Positions 50,941 to 63,430 of a stretch of 64,000 nt of DNA are shown one piece after another; the first letter of the stretch is position 1, and every line of letters starts with the position of its first letter. The notes under the pieces were generated by a model, which was not told the origin of the DNA, did no database searches, and saw only the letters and a program-made list of their open reading frames with translations. The DNA comes from Octopus vulgaris (taxonomy: Eukaryota), in contig OX597814.1 of the NCBI GenBank assembly GCA_951406725.2, positions 144,646,001 through 144,710,000 on the forward strand, read 5' to 3'. Made by a program: the position numbers and the translations under genes.

Positions 50941-51148
50941 ATGTGCGTTTGCATAATTTTTCCTTAGAAAAGGTTACCAGCTGTAGTGAAGTTTCGGCTG
51001 TGTAACCTTCATCGGAGCATATGGTGACAATCCACGAAACCTCGAAGTTACTGTCAATCTTTTCCTTGTAGAAATGCAATAAATACCCTACTCTATTGAA
51101 AAGTATCGACTAATCTTTCAGAGAAATGTTTGACTATTTTTATATATA

Positions 51149-51445
51149 ACAAGAGTATTATTATAGTAGATTATTTCGGTACCATGGAAGCTTTGAAAAA
51201 ATATGACATCACCCCTACCTTCCTTATTCATCTATCACCTCTGCTTTTCTCATTCATAAATACAAGAGTATTATTATAGTAGATTATCTCGGTAACCATG
51301 GGAGCTATGAAAAAATGCAAAGCGTAGCAACACCGCCAGATCATTGTACACATCTGTGTAATTTTTCGCGCAATTCTACCCAGCCGTTTGACCGTGAATC
51401 CCAAGACAAGAAAGAATCCCCCATGTCAAATTTATATGTATAGAT
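51149..51445 (-). mobile_element. Probable Helitron-like 5' fragment with internal duplication of about 55 bp
   Basis: Minus-strand start TCTATACATATAAA; duplicated acaagagtattattatagtagattat..ccatgg at about 51149 and 51262. Confidence 0.4.
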
Positions 51446-52000
51446 TATGCGTAAAAAATATCAATGTATTTTTTTTACTGCTTACATATAGGACAAATGT
51501 TTCGATCGAGTTAATGACTGATATGATATCCCTCACTGAGGAGGCATAAATATACCAAAACACAAGTATGGTAGTCTGCAGACGTTATTCAGAGATCGGC
51601 TTGATGAGTTTTTACAAAGTCCGTAATGAGAAAAAATTATTTCCGAGATAAGAGTCCTTCACAGAACGTTTCGGTGTACAGAAGCGTTTTAACCCTTATA
51701 CGGTGGCAAAGAGTAGCATGAATGTTTGTCAAACGGGCAATAAAAAAAATATATGTCTTTTCCCTAAAAGAAATTTTTATATTTATTTTCACTTTAAATA
51801 AGTACTAAATTTATAATAATTGTTAGTCTCTCGCACAATAAAATTCACAATCTTATTATCGAAACTGCCGTAAAATATTCACTTTCCTTTGATGATGGCA
51901 GTATCCAAGTAACACTTTTGAAACATCAGCTGATGATGTTCGCTGTTTAAGGATTGATTTGAATAACACATCATTATTTTGATGGTCTCTGCTTTGGGTG

Positions 52001-52080
52001 TCTGTATGTCTGTCTGTCTCTCTATGTATGTATGTATGTATGTATGTATGTATGTATGTATGTATGTATGTATGTATGTA

Positions 52081-52117
<37 letters not shown>

Positions 52118-52268
52118 ATGTATGTATATATGTATGCATGTATGTATGTATGTAAGTGTGTGTGTGTATGCATGTATGCATGTATGTATGTATGTATGTA
52201 TGTATGTATGTGTGTGTATGTGTGTGTGTGTGTGTGTGCGTGTGTGTGCGTGCGTGCGTGCATGTATG
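52001..52268. repeat. Compound (TATG)n/(TG)n microsatellite
   Basis: Seen directly. Confidence 0.98.
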
Positions 52269-53109
52269 TTTGTACGCTTGAAGAGATGTAATTACATATT
52301 GTCAGAAAATTTTTCAGCACTCGACCACATCTGACTTACAGTTAATAATGTTATCTAGCATATGCACAAGGCCAGAGATTTTGGGTGGAGTAACTCGATT
52401 AATCGACTTCAATATTTGTTTGGTACTTAATTTTATCGACACCAAGAGGATTAACGACCAAGCTGACCATAGCAAGGTTTGAACTGAAAATGGAAAAATC
52501 TGAAATAAATAAGTATAGACGAAGAACAATCCCAATAATGCATAGGGAGAACTCTACAGTACTTTGTGAATGAACACATGCTGTGTGCCTCAGAGATACA
52601 AATTGATAATAATAAGCGATTTCAATGCTGGCTTTGAATATGAAATATAGGAGTTATTGGTGAATGTAGTATGAAGATATATATCTTAAAAGAACTGCTC
52701 CTTATTTACGCTCCAAAAGAACTTTATTATTACCAACACCATTTTCAAATAGAATAACTGAAGGTGCCTTTGATACAAACCTACTCGAAGTATTGGCATC
52801 TTTTAGCCTACATCACAACTAATTAGCTGGGTAGAATTGATATACTAATCGTTTAGGAGTTGAGAGAGGAAACTGCTGTAGCAAAGACCACAGAGTGCTT
52901 TTATTGAAGATAACAACTTTCTCATTAGTTTTCAAAAGAAACACTATCAATTTTCCCAAACACATTAAAACGGAACAGGATCGTTGGCGGATAGAAATAT
53001 AAATTCAATCTGGAAAGAGAAATGAATGAGACTCCAGAATCGTGGGAACCAAAATGGAAACCAGGCAGTTTGAATGCAAGAGGACCCTCGTTTAGTACTA
53101 TATTGTATA

Positions 53110-53497
53110 CTAGCAGTATCGCCCGGCATTGCTCGGGTTTGTTTCGACGCTTTAGAATTGGAATTTTTGAAAAGTAAAAATTTTGCATTATGTAGCTTGT
53201 TATTCTCTTTAAGTGAACATTTTTCTGGTTGAAATACACTGAAAAATGGCAATACAGCAGTCAAAAAATCGTAAAAAATAGGGATTTTCATAGAAAAAAG
53301 CACCTTTTTGATGTAAATAATTTTTGGTGTTAACATGGTCCGATTTGAATTTTTTCTTCAACGGCAGGAAGAGCAAGCCTTCTATCATACTCTCAATTTT
53401 GGTCAACTTGCGCCGTAGGGTCTCGGAGGAGATAGTGTTAGTTGAAGGCTACCAAACCTGCCATACACAGGCAACTTCAGTTTTATATATATAGAGA
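53110..53497 (-). mobile_element. Non-autonomous Helitron (family A)
   Basis: Reverse-complement homolog of 15375-15766 with the same termini. Confidence 0.8.
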
Positions 53498-55544
53498 TGA
53501 CACAGCTAAAGCAATAAGGAGAGATGAAGACTGGTTTGCTAACCAGATATCGCTGTTGTTTTACTATTAGAACCACGTAACTAAGCTTCCAACATTTGAT
53601 AAAGCTCTACTAAATTCAGTTCTGCGACTGAATATCCGCAGAATGATATTATACTAGTGAGGCAAACAATACAAATGAGCTGCAAATGGCTGCCGATTTC
53701 AATGACATGTACAAATTTCTATGCTAGACTGAACGGCGTATACCAACCACAGAAAATGGGTGCTGCTAAGCTGAGATTAGCTGATGGATGAATAATGCTC
53801 TAGGTGAAAGGGCAAATACTTAATCGCTTTACGGGGCATTTCTAGCAAATGTTCATTGTACCAAGACGGGTCAAGTGGGAAACTTTGGAAAATTTAACGT
53901 ATCACGCTACTGTTGTATCAATGAGTGATCAGCCAAGTGTAGGGGATGTGTTAGTCGCAACAGTAGTGCTTGCAGTAGTTGAGTTAATGGTTGTAGTGGC
54001 TGTAATAATAGTTGTAGTGATTGAAGCAGTGGCAGTAGCGGTTATGATGTTTGTAGTGGTTGAAACGGTCGAGTTAGTATTATTAAGAATTGTATGAAAA
54101 GCTGTTAAAATATGTTGTGTATCGTGGAAGTATAACCAGTTCATTGCACATAAATTTAAACAACAACAGTTGTAATGGTCAAGTTAGTATTATTAAGAAT
54201 AGTAAAAGTGGTGAGCTCGCAGAATCGTTAGCACGCTGGGCAAAATGCTTAGCGGCGTTTCGTTCGCCCTTACGTTCTGAGTTCAAATTCCGTCGAGGTC
54301 GACTTTGCCCTTCATTTCGGGGTCGATGAAATACGTACAAGTGGAGCACAGGATTGATGTAATCGACTAGCTCCATCCCCCAAATTTGTGTCGATAGCAG
54401 AAAGGGTTATTAAGAATTATATAAAAAAATTGTTGAAATATTTTGTGTATTAGAAGTAAAACCAGTTGATTGCACATAAACTTAAACAATAACAGACGTA
54501 ATGGTCAAATTAGTGAATGTAGCACTTGTAGTGATTGTTGTAGTAGGTGAGTTTGTGGTTGTACTAGTTGTAGTAATTTTAACGGTTCCAGTGATTGTTG
54601 TAGTTATTGTCGTAGTAAGGATTATAGTGTTCCTATCTATAGAAATCCCGAGAAATTCTTGCAGACGATTAAGGTTTTCGATGATGGCCTGTATTCCTCT
54701 TCTTTATTCAATCATTGATTAACCTTTCTCTATTACAATCTGAACATTTTCACTGATATTTTTCCCAAACCAAAGATGACCTCGGAGTAAAGCCAGCACC
54801 TTGCATTAAAATACAACTCGCTGCGGAATAGAGATAATTTTAATTTAATTTTGCATTAGGAGAACAAATCACATGAAAATCAAACTAAAAATATATTATT
54901 TGAACAAAAAATTAAAAATATAAACAAAAATAAAGCTTCGTTGGATTTCTGTGGTTGTCATTTATCAAAGGGTTCACTGATTTCGAGGGTTTGATAATTT
55001 CTAAAAAGGGAGCCATTTAAAAGATTTTTTTTTATCTAATTATGAACCAACATGACATCAGATCATGCTGATTTGTCTTTGATTAAAAATATAATTATTT
55101 CCTATCAACATTCCATCATTTATTCCCCCCCCCCGCCATCTCCCCTCTTATCATTTCCCTTTCTGTCTTTCTTTAGGGAAGCGTCATCGTCGTTGTCGCT
55201 GTTGTTTAGCTTCAGGTCAGCCCCTAACAGAGCAGACCTAGGATCAAAGGCTTTTCAAATATGACCATCCCATTTTTTCTCTCAGCCATTATAAATTTAA
55301 GAGTACATGGTTTAATGTATCCTTCTCTTTCCAAAAGTGTGATCTGCGAAAGATTTGGCTGCAGTTCATGGTAAGTCAAGCAAACACACACTGAAAAGTT
55401 CCTGGCTTTAGGTAAAAGAAAATATAGAAAATATTAAATGTTATGAGAATTAGTGGTATATGTATAGTGAAATGACTGAAAATCGGGATTGAAAGCCTCT
55501 TCTCGCAATCTCGGCTCGTTTGGAATTTACACACGTAAACATAT

Positions 55545-57765
55545 TAGTAGTATCGTTAGAACGTCGGACAAACTGCTCCGCAGTATTTGTTTCAGCTTTT
55601 GCGTTCTGAGTTCAATATCCGCCGAGGGCTAACCTTGCTCTTCATTCCTCCGGGTTCAATAACATAATGTATCAGTCAAATGGTGAGGCCGATTTAATCG
55701 GTTGGCCTCTCTTTCTAAAAACGCTAACCTTTTCTCAAAATTAGTTTTAAATTTTAGCACAAGGCTAGCAATTTCGGTGGTGGTGATAAGCCGATTACAT
55801 TGACCCCGAAAGGATGAAGGGTAAAGTCAACCTTTACGGAATTTGAACTCCGAACTTAATAGACGGATGAACCTTGTGCCTAAATTAGAAACAATAATTA
55901 TGAATTTAATGACAAAAGTTGGCGTGCTGGCAGAATCGTTAGCACGCCGGGCGAAACGTTTAGCGACATTTCGTCTGCAGTTACGTTCTGAGTTCAAATT
56001 CCGTCGAGGTCGACTTTGCCTTCCATCCTTTCGGGGTCAATAAATTAAGTACCAGTTACGCACTGGGGTCGATGCAATCGACTTAATCCCTTTGTCTGTC
56101 CTTGTTTGTCCCCTCTATGTTTAGCCCCTTGTGGGTAATAAAGAAATAACAATTGTTAGCACGATGGGCGAAATGCCGCTAAGCATTTCGCCCGTCGCTA
56201 CGTTCTGAGTTCAAATTTCGCCGAGGTCGACTTTACCTTCAACCTTTCGGGGTCGATAAATTAAGTACCAGTGAAACACTGAGGTCGATGTAATCGACGC
56301 AACCTCCTGCCCCAAGCTGCCTTGTGGAAAAAAAAAAACAAAAAAAAAAACTGAAATCATTAATTTAATGACATATTCAAGATAGTAAGCTAGCAGAATC
56401 GATAAAGCGTCGAAAAAATATGCTTTTGTGATATTTGCCCCGTCGCTTTACGTTCTGAGTGAAAATTCTACCGAGTTCAGCTCTGCCGTTCATCCTCCAG
56501 GGTGGTTTTAATAAAGAAGTACTGGACTCAATGCTATCGACTTACAGCTCCCCTCAAAATTGTTGGCCTTGTACCTAAATCAGAAACTATTATTTATGAC
56601 ATTAGCAATGAATTAGAGTAATGCGGCGAGCTGGCAGAATCGTTAGCACGCTTGAAAAATGCTTAGCGGCATTTCATGTGATCGACTTTGCCTTTCATCC
56701 CTTTCGGGGTCGATATAATCCCTTTTGGAATCAATATCATCCCTTTCGGGATCGATATCATCTCTTTCGAGGTCGATATCATCCCTTTCGAGGTCGATAA
56801 AATAAGTACCAATTGAGCACTGTGATCGATGTAATCGACTTACCTGCTCCCTCTAAATTACTAGCATTGTGCCAAAATTTGGAACCAATGTTTGGGAGAA
56901 GTCCTGATACTTTTCAGTTTGAGAACTGCTGCTCTCATACAAGTTTGCCCCGAAATTGCTGGCCTTGAACTAAAATTTGAGACCACCATTAATGAACTAG
57001 AGTAAGGCGGCGAGCTGGCAGATTCGTTAGCACGCCGAGCGAAATGCTTAGCGGTACTTCGTCTGCGTTACGTTGTGAGTTCAAATTCCGCCGAGGTCGA
57101 CTTTGCCTTTCATCCTTTCGGGGTCGATAAATTAAGTACCAGTTACGCACTGGGGTCGATGTAATCGACTTAATACCTATGTCTGTCCTTGTTTGTCCCC
57201 TCTGGGTTTAGCCCCTTGTGGGTAATAAAGAAATAGGTACTTCGTCTGCCGCTACGTTCTGAGTTCAAATTCCGCCGAGGTCGACTTTGCCTTTCATCCT
57301 TTCGGGGTCGATTAAATAAGTACCAGTTACGCACTGGGGACGATATAATCGACTTAATCCGTTTGTCTGTCCTTGTTTGTTCCCTCTGTGTTTAGCCCCT
57401 TGTGGGTAGTAAAGGAATAGGTATTTCGTCTGTCTTTACATTCTGAGTTCATATCCCGCCGAGGTCGACTTTGCCTTTCATCCTTTCGAGATCGATAAAT
57501 TAAGTACCAGTTGCGTACTGAGGTCGATCTAATCGACTGGCCCCCTCCTAAAAAATTTCGGGCCTTGTGTCTAGAGTAGAAAAGAATCGTCATCACACCG
57601 GACAAATGCTTAGCGGCATTTCACCTGTCTTTACATTCTGAGTCGACTTTGCCTTCATCCTTCGGGAGTCGATAAAATAAAATACTACTCAAGTACTGTT
57701 ATCGATGTAATCGACTATACTCCTCCCCCAAATTTCAGGTCTTGTACTTATAGTAGAAAGAAGTT
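55545..57765 (+). mobile_element. Cluster of SINE family 2 units, including tandem units of about 184 bp
   Basis: Repeated GGCGAGCTGGCAGAATCGTTAGC..GAGTTCAAATTCC..GCCTTTCATCCTTTCGGGGTCGATAAATTAAGTACCAG; roughly ten units. Confidence 0.85.
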
Positions 57766-60038
57766 TTAATGCACAAGAATGCTACCCATCATATGAGAGG
57801 TAACTTTGGAAGCATACATTTGTTGCCATGGATAGTATCAGGAAATACAGTACACATACATTAATTTACTTCGTATCCATTGACAAAGTTGCGAAAGCAA
57901 CGAAAATTTTTGAAAAAAAAAACATAAATAATAAATGAGTGAAATGAGTGGAAATCGAACCGGTGTGTGTGTTAGATAATAAAGCATTAAGACAATATGG
58001 CTCTCCCCAGACACAACATACATTAATTTAATTTAACTCTATCAAATTTCTTGGTGCTTCTGCAAAATCATGAAATGAATACTAATTGTGATAAAAAATA
58101 TCTATTACCTTAAAATAAAAATTTTAATCAAACGAATTACTTATTTGTATTTTTGCAATAAATATACTGTCATTATTTTTCTAAATTTTATCAGCATCAT
58201 CATCATCTGTTCCACCGAAAACCAATCTCAGTAAAATTTGAAATCCTCTCAAAACTATTCTGTCACTTACTCTGTCTATGATTCTTTCTACCTCACTGTA
58301 CACACGACGGGCTTCTTTCAGTTTCCGTCAACCAAATTCTCTCACAAGGCTTTGGTCTGCCCGAGACTATAATTACGCAAGGTCCACGCAGTGGAACTGA
58401 ACCCGAAACCATGTAGTTGAGAAGCAAGCTTCTTGCCGCACAGCCACGCCTGCGCCTATATTCTCTTATTCTTTCTTTTAATTCTTTTATTTGTTTCAGT
58501 CATTTGACTGCGGCCATGCTGGAGCATCGCCGTTAGTCGATCAAATCGATCCTAGGACTTATTGTTTGTAAACCTAGTACTTATTCTATCGGTGTCTCTT
58601 GCTGAACAGCTAAGCTACGGGGACGTAAACACACTAACATCGGTTGTCAAGCGATGGTGAGGGGACAAACACAGATACACGAACAAATATATATGACGGG
58701 ATTCTTTCAGTTTCTGTCTACGAAATCCACTCACAAGGCTTTATTCGGCCCGAGGCTATAGTAGAAGACACTTAGCTAATGGGCCACGCAGTGGGACTGA
58801 ACACGGAACCATGTGGAAGGGAAGCAAGCTTCTTAACCACACAGCTATGTTAACACTCTTTAAATACAATTCTTTATAATATCCAATAATAAAAATATAA
58901 TAGAATTCTTGAAGCCTTGCATAGCAATGAGGGTTCACCCATATAAAATAGGAGTCAAAGGGGTCCATAGGGAGAAAATGGTTGAGAACCACTGCATTAG
59001 GGCGTCAGATAGAATGCCACGCGGTATTCGTTCTGAATCTCGGCGTTCTGAGTTCAGTTTCCACAGAAGCCAAATTTGTTTTTTTATCCTTTCAGGATCG
59101 ATAACAAAATGTAACAATCGAGGGCGGTGTATGAACGAATTGTAAGGACGTCGGGTGGAATGCTCTGCTATATATTTTTCTGACTGTTTGCATTCTGAGT
59201 TCAAATCCTGCTGTGGCCTACTTGGGTCGTTGACTTAATCCATCACCTGGTTTAATACCACCATTTGGCACTTTAGGTTCCTTTAGCATAGTCGACTCTG
59301 TTGCAAGCATTTAGGTCTTGGAGACAGTGTAAAGAGTCATGGGTCCTACTTTCCATCCCAACTAAGCAAAAAAAAAGAAAAAGTTCGTTGTGTAAGTAGT
59401 TGTAGTAGTAGTAGCAGTGGTTGAAGTGGTCTTAACAAAACGAAGCAAGGCCTTCAAGACAAAGTAATTTCCCACACCAGAAGACTTGACAGGATGCTTG
59501 TGACACAGTAGTCCCAATAACAAGAACAAAAACAGCAGCAGCTGTTTCTTTTTATGCAACTGAATTCAAGATGGACAGGTGGAGTTCATGGCCTTTTGCA
59601 GGACTTTTGTGACTGGTGGGGATGAAAGAGGAAATGAAACCTTCACTCTTATGCCTCAACAAAAATAATTAGGCCTTCAAGACGTGAAGGAATTCCATAA
59701 CGGAAGCCTCGACCAGATACTTGTAACACAGAAGTCCCCACTAAAAGACTGCAATGAGCCAGGTGGTCGTGTTAAATCCGAATTACGGATGAAATCTACC
59801 GCCCACACAGTTTGGGTCTACCTAATTTCTTTTTAAAAAAAGAAGCTTAGTAGAAGCTACGGTAGAAGACATATGTCCAAGGGCTTAGTCATGATGTGCA
59901 GTGGAATCGAACTCGATTTGAAATCTTGTAATTTCAAAACAAACTTCTGAATAAACATAGCCATATAACAAGGAGAACAAAAACACCGACGACGACTACG
60001 ACGATTGCAACAACAACGACGAGAACAGCAATAACAGT

Positions 60039-60465
60039 GGAGGCGCAATGGCCCAGTGGTTAGGGCAGCGGACTCGCGGTCGGAATATCGCGGTTTCGAT
60101 TCCCAGACTGGGCGTTGTGTGTGCTTATTGAGCGAAAACACCTAAAGCTCCACGAGGCTCCGGCAGGGGGTGGTGGCGACCCCTGTTATACTCTTTCGCC
60201 CCAACTTTCTCTCACTCTTTCTTCCTGTTTCTTGTCCCCGACTTCCCACGCAACTGCTGAGCCTGGATGCGCATACATCCATCCGTCGATGCTCTCGGTG
60301 TCGGGGGTTGACCTGCTTCCTCTTCTGCGGGTCTTACGAATAGCAAAGGACCACGTTTCGGACTTCTCCCATCTTGCGAGCTCTGGGACGAAGACCGTTC
60401 GCTCAACATCAACATCAACATCAACAGCAACAACAACACAACACCAAAACAACAACAACGATAAC
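60039..60465 (+). mobile_element. tRNA-derived SINE (family 5) with (CAA)n-type tail
   Basis: GGAGGCGCAATGGCCCAGTGGTTAGG (A box) and GGTTTCGATTCCC (B box), GC-rich body, inserted in a (CAA)-rich tract. Confidence 0.7.
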
Positions 60466-60594
60466 AAAAAATAAAAATAAAAAGTTTCAGATAATTTAGT
60501 CCTCCTACATATATACTATGTCTGAACGAAAGACAAAGTGGTCACGATAGGAACGCCTTTGAGCACAGGTTTGCTTGATCAGTTCTAATCTAGG

Positions 60595-60840
60595 AATAAT
60601 AATAAGAGCAACAACAACAATAACCACAACTGCCCTGCTCCTCCTCCTCCTCCTCCTCCTCCTCATCATCATCATCATCACCACCACCACCACCACCACC
60701 ATCATCATCATGATAATCATCATCATGATGATGATGATCATCATCATCACAACATCAACCACCATCTCCAACACCTCCACCACCATTGCGACTACGACAA
60801 CGACGATGACCACCACCGCCGCCTCCGCAACAGCCGTCAT
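60595..60840. repeat. Compound trinucleotide microsatellite (CTC/CAT/CAC)
   Basis: Seen directly. Confidence 0.95.
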
Positions 60841-61899
60841 ATTTTCTTTTATTTCTTCCTTTAATCAATAACTGGTATTTGTAATTCTTGAGTTGACGTC
60901 GAATAGTGTTCATGGTAAGCAACAGATTTGTTTATACTGCTAATATTCAAATTAGAAATATCATAAGTAATTTTTTAAGTATTTTTTATTTTTGTTTTGA
61001 GGTTAGCCAATATATATTCCGGTGTCTAGAATATTCCTTTCGGTATTTAGTTATAAATCAGTTGTCTCGCTGAAATATTTTCCCTGTCAAATATAATTAA
61101 CACAGCAATCTTTCAGGCCTTGTTAAGAAAATAAGCGAAAGAAATTTAGTTCTTATATTTCGAAATAAAAAAAACCCAAATTTTAGTTCTTAATCTGTGA
61201 AAAAAGGCGCTGAGCTGGCAGAACCGTTAAAACGTTAGACAAAATCCCTAGGGACATTTCATCCGGTTCTTTACTTTCTGAGTTCAAATCCTGCCGAGCT
61301 TAACTTTGCATTTTATTCCTTCAGGTTTTGATAAAATAAAGCACCAGTCCAGGACTGGAGTCGATGAAAATTACGGGTTTTGAATCCTGCAACGGATCGG
61401 CATTCCGTTCAGGAGAACAGAGACCCGGTAACCTGCCTTATGAGTCCTAGAGCTCGAGTGTAAAAAATTCTATGAAAAACAAAATTTAGTTCTTAAACAG
61501 TAAAGAGCAAAACAAAACAAAATCAGATATTAAGCTCTATGTAAAGAAATGGTAATTCCTTTCGTTATTCATTTGAAGTCACAATAGCATCACTGAAAAT
61601 CTAATAACAACAACAACAACTAAATATTCTTCAAATCATACTTGACTGGCTTACGAAAGGAAGTTACACATTGGATTATGTAGACGTAGATCAATAAGCT
61701 GAGATGGTTGCGGTTGGATGCTTTTAATTTGTCGGATTAAAGATGACAGTCTTTTCCCTTTTTCTTTCCGATGGTAATTTCCTTGTGCAGAAAATCTCCT
61801 TCAGATAAGAAAGGGGTACGAACCAGTAGATGATGCCTTGGAATACTGCCTTTTCTATTGGCGCATATAATACTGTATGCCATTGAAACCCTATTCTTG

Positions 61900-63430
61900 A
61901 CTGATTCCCCTCAATGAACACAATATTTCGAGAGGGAAATCCGTGACCACAAACCCACACATTCAGCTCTAGTGAACTCCGAGTTTCGGTTATGTCCTCT
62001 ACATAATTTCTTCAGTATATTTATGACTTATTTGCTGTCACTTCGAACACAACTCTTATGCAGATAATAGTCTTCACTCCTTAATCTTCCTTATATAGTT
62101 GTCATTCGCAATGCCTGATTATTCACTGAATTACAACATTCTTCAAGGAGAATGTGGCGACTTAGTCTCCTACAAAAGCAACAGCATCCTTTTATCTTTT
62201 ACTTGTTCCAGTCATTGGACTGCAGCCATACTGAGCACCGCATTGACGGGTTCAATAAATAAAATCACCATCAGTACTTATTTAATTAAAATTTGATACT
62301 TATTCTATCGATGTCTCATGATCATATTCTGACACTATTCATCACTAATTCCCTAACAAACAAAGGATTTCGAGGGACCCACTGCAAGGCATTTTTCAAA
62401 TGTTCTAACAATTCTGCCAATCCACTGCTGAGGGGATCTCCCAGATGTTATATATGTAACAATACTAAAATGACTTCACAAAGACTAGTTTCTTCTTCCG
62501 GACCAGGAAACTCTACAACCCAGATCCATTTCAAAAACTCAATTAAGACCCACATTGGTGTACAGCTCACATATATGTATCTGTGCCACATACGAAATAA
62601 TGCTGACACTTTGTCAGTTACAACGACGAGTGTTCTAATTGATCCGACCAACGGAACCGCTTGCTCGTTAAATTAACGCGCAAGTGGATTAGAATTCCAC
62701 AGGCACGGGTACCCTTAACATAGTTCTCAGAGAGATGCAGTGTGACACAGAACGTGACAAGGCTGGCTCTTTGAATTATAGGTACAGCCCATTTTTTCCA
62801 GCAGAGTGAACTGGAGCAACGGAAATAAAGTGTCTTGCTGCAGGACAACGCGCGGCCAGGTATTGAACTAACGACCTTATGATCGTGAGTCATATACTCT
62901 AACCGCTAATCCACACGTTTTCACGCTACATAGAATATATACTGCATCTGAAAGAAGGCAGTGCGAAAGCAAGGCAAATATTAATTTACTAATACGCTAC
63001 ACCAATGGTTCCCAGCTGTTTTGTAACCTCGCTGCCATATCATTCTATGTTCAAGATACCAAGATACACAACGTACTTAATGGCATTTTCTGTCAGTTGT
63101 GTTATTCAAATTCAAGAACTCGTGACATTCTTACAACACCATACACCAGGTTTGGAAACGACTGCGGCAAAACCACAAGCTTATAGACACGCAGTTTATC
63201 TTCTCTACATTTACAATAGCCTCATCTCTAAACGTTTTGCATTACTCCAGGTTCATGGCTCACAAATCCTTCAATGCACCCGACTTCCCTCAACTCATCA
63301 TCCTTGCTCTGTCGTAAATCCTACGTCCATCACCAAACATTTTCCAAAATCATTTTTCGCCTCAGAGCTGTAATTCTCTGGAATCAACTAACAACATCGA
63401 TCTTATCAGTCAGGAATGATCTACAAAGGT
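61900..63430 (+). mobile_element. Highly decayed LINE RT (Jockey/CR1/L2-like) interrupted by SINEs
   Basis: Relics FLQYIYDL..SYADNS (about 62006-62080), RPTLVYSSHI (about 62547) and a KSFF...LWNQL-type C-terminus (about 63345-63390). Confidence 0.5.

Noticed and set aside
49826-52334. Long ORFs with poly-L/T/Y, RE, HT and YVCM repeats
   Set aside because: They are translations of microsatellites.
53849-54722. Val-rich or Thr-rich (mucin- or membrane-like) ORFs
   Set aside because: Degenerate (GTA/GTT/GTG)n microsatellite with no splice or homology support.
57006-57765. Regular repeats resembling a CRISPR array
   Set aside because: Whole units of about 184 bp repeat with no unique spacers; these are eukaryotic SINE multimers and there are no cas genes.
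60039-60112. tRNA-like sequence (also the heads at 22492, 43616 and 44389)
   Set aside because: A/B boxes are present but there is no complete cloverleaf, and each continues into a SINE body and tail.
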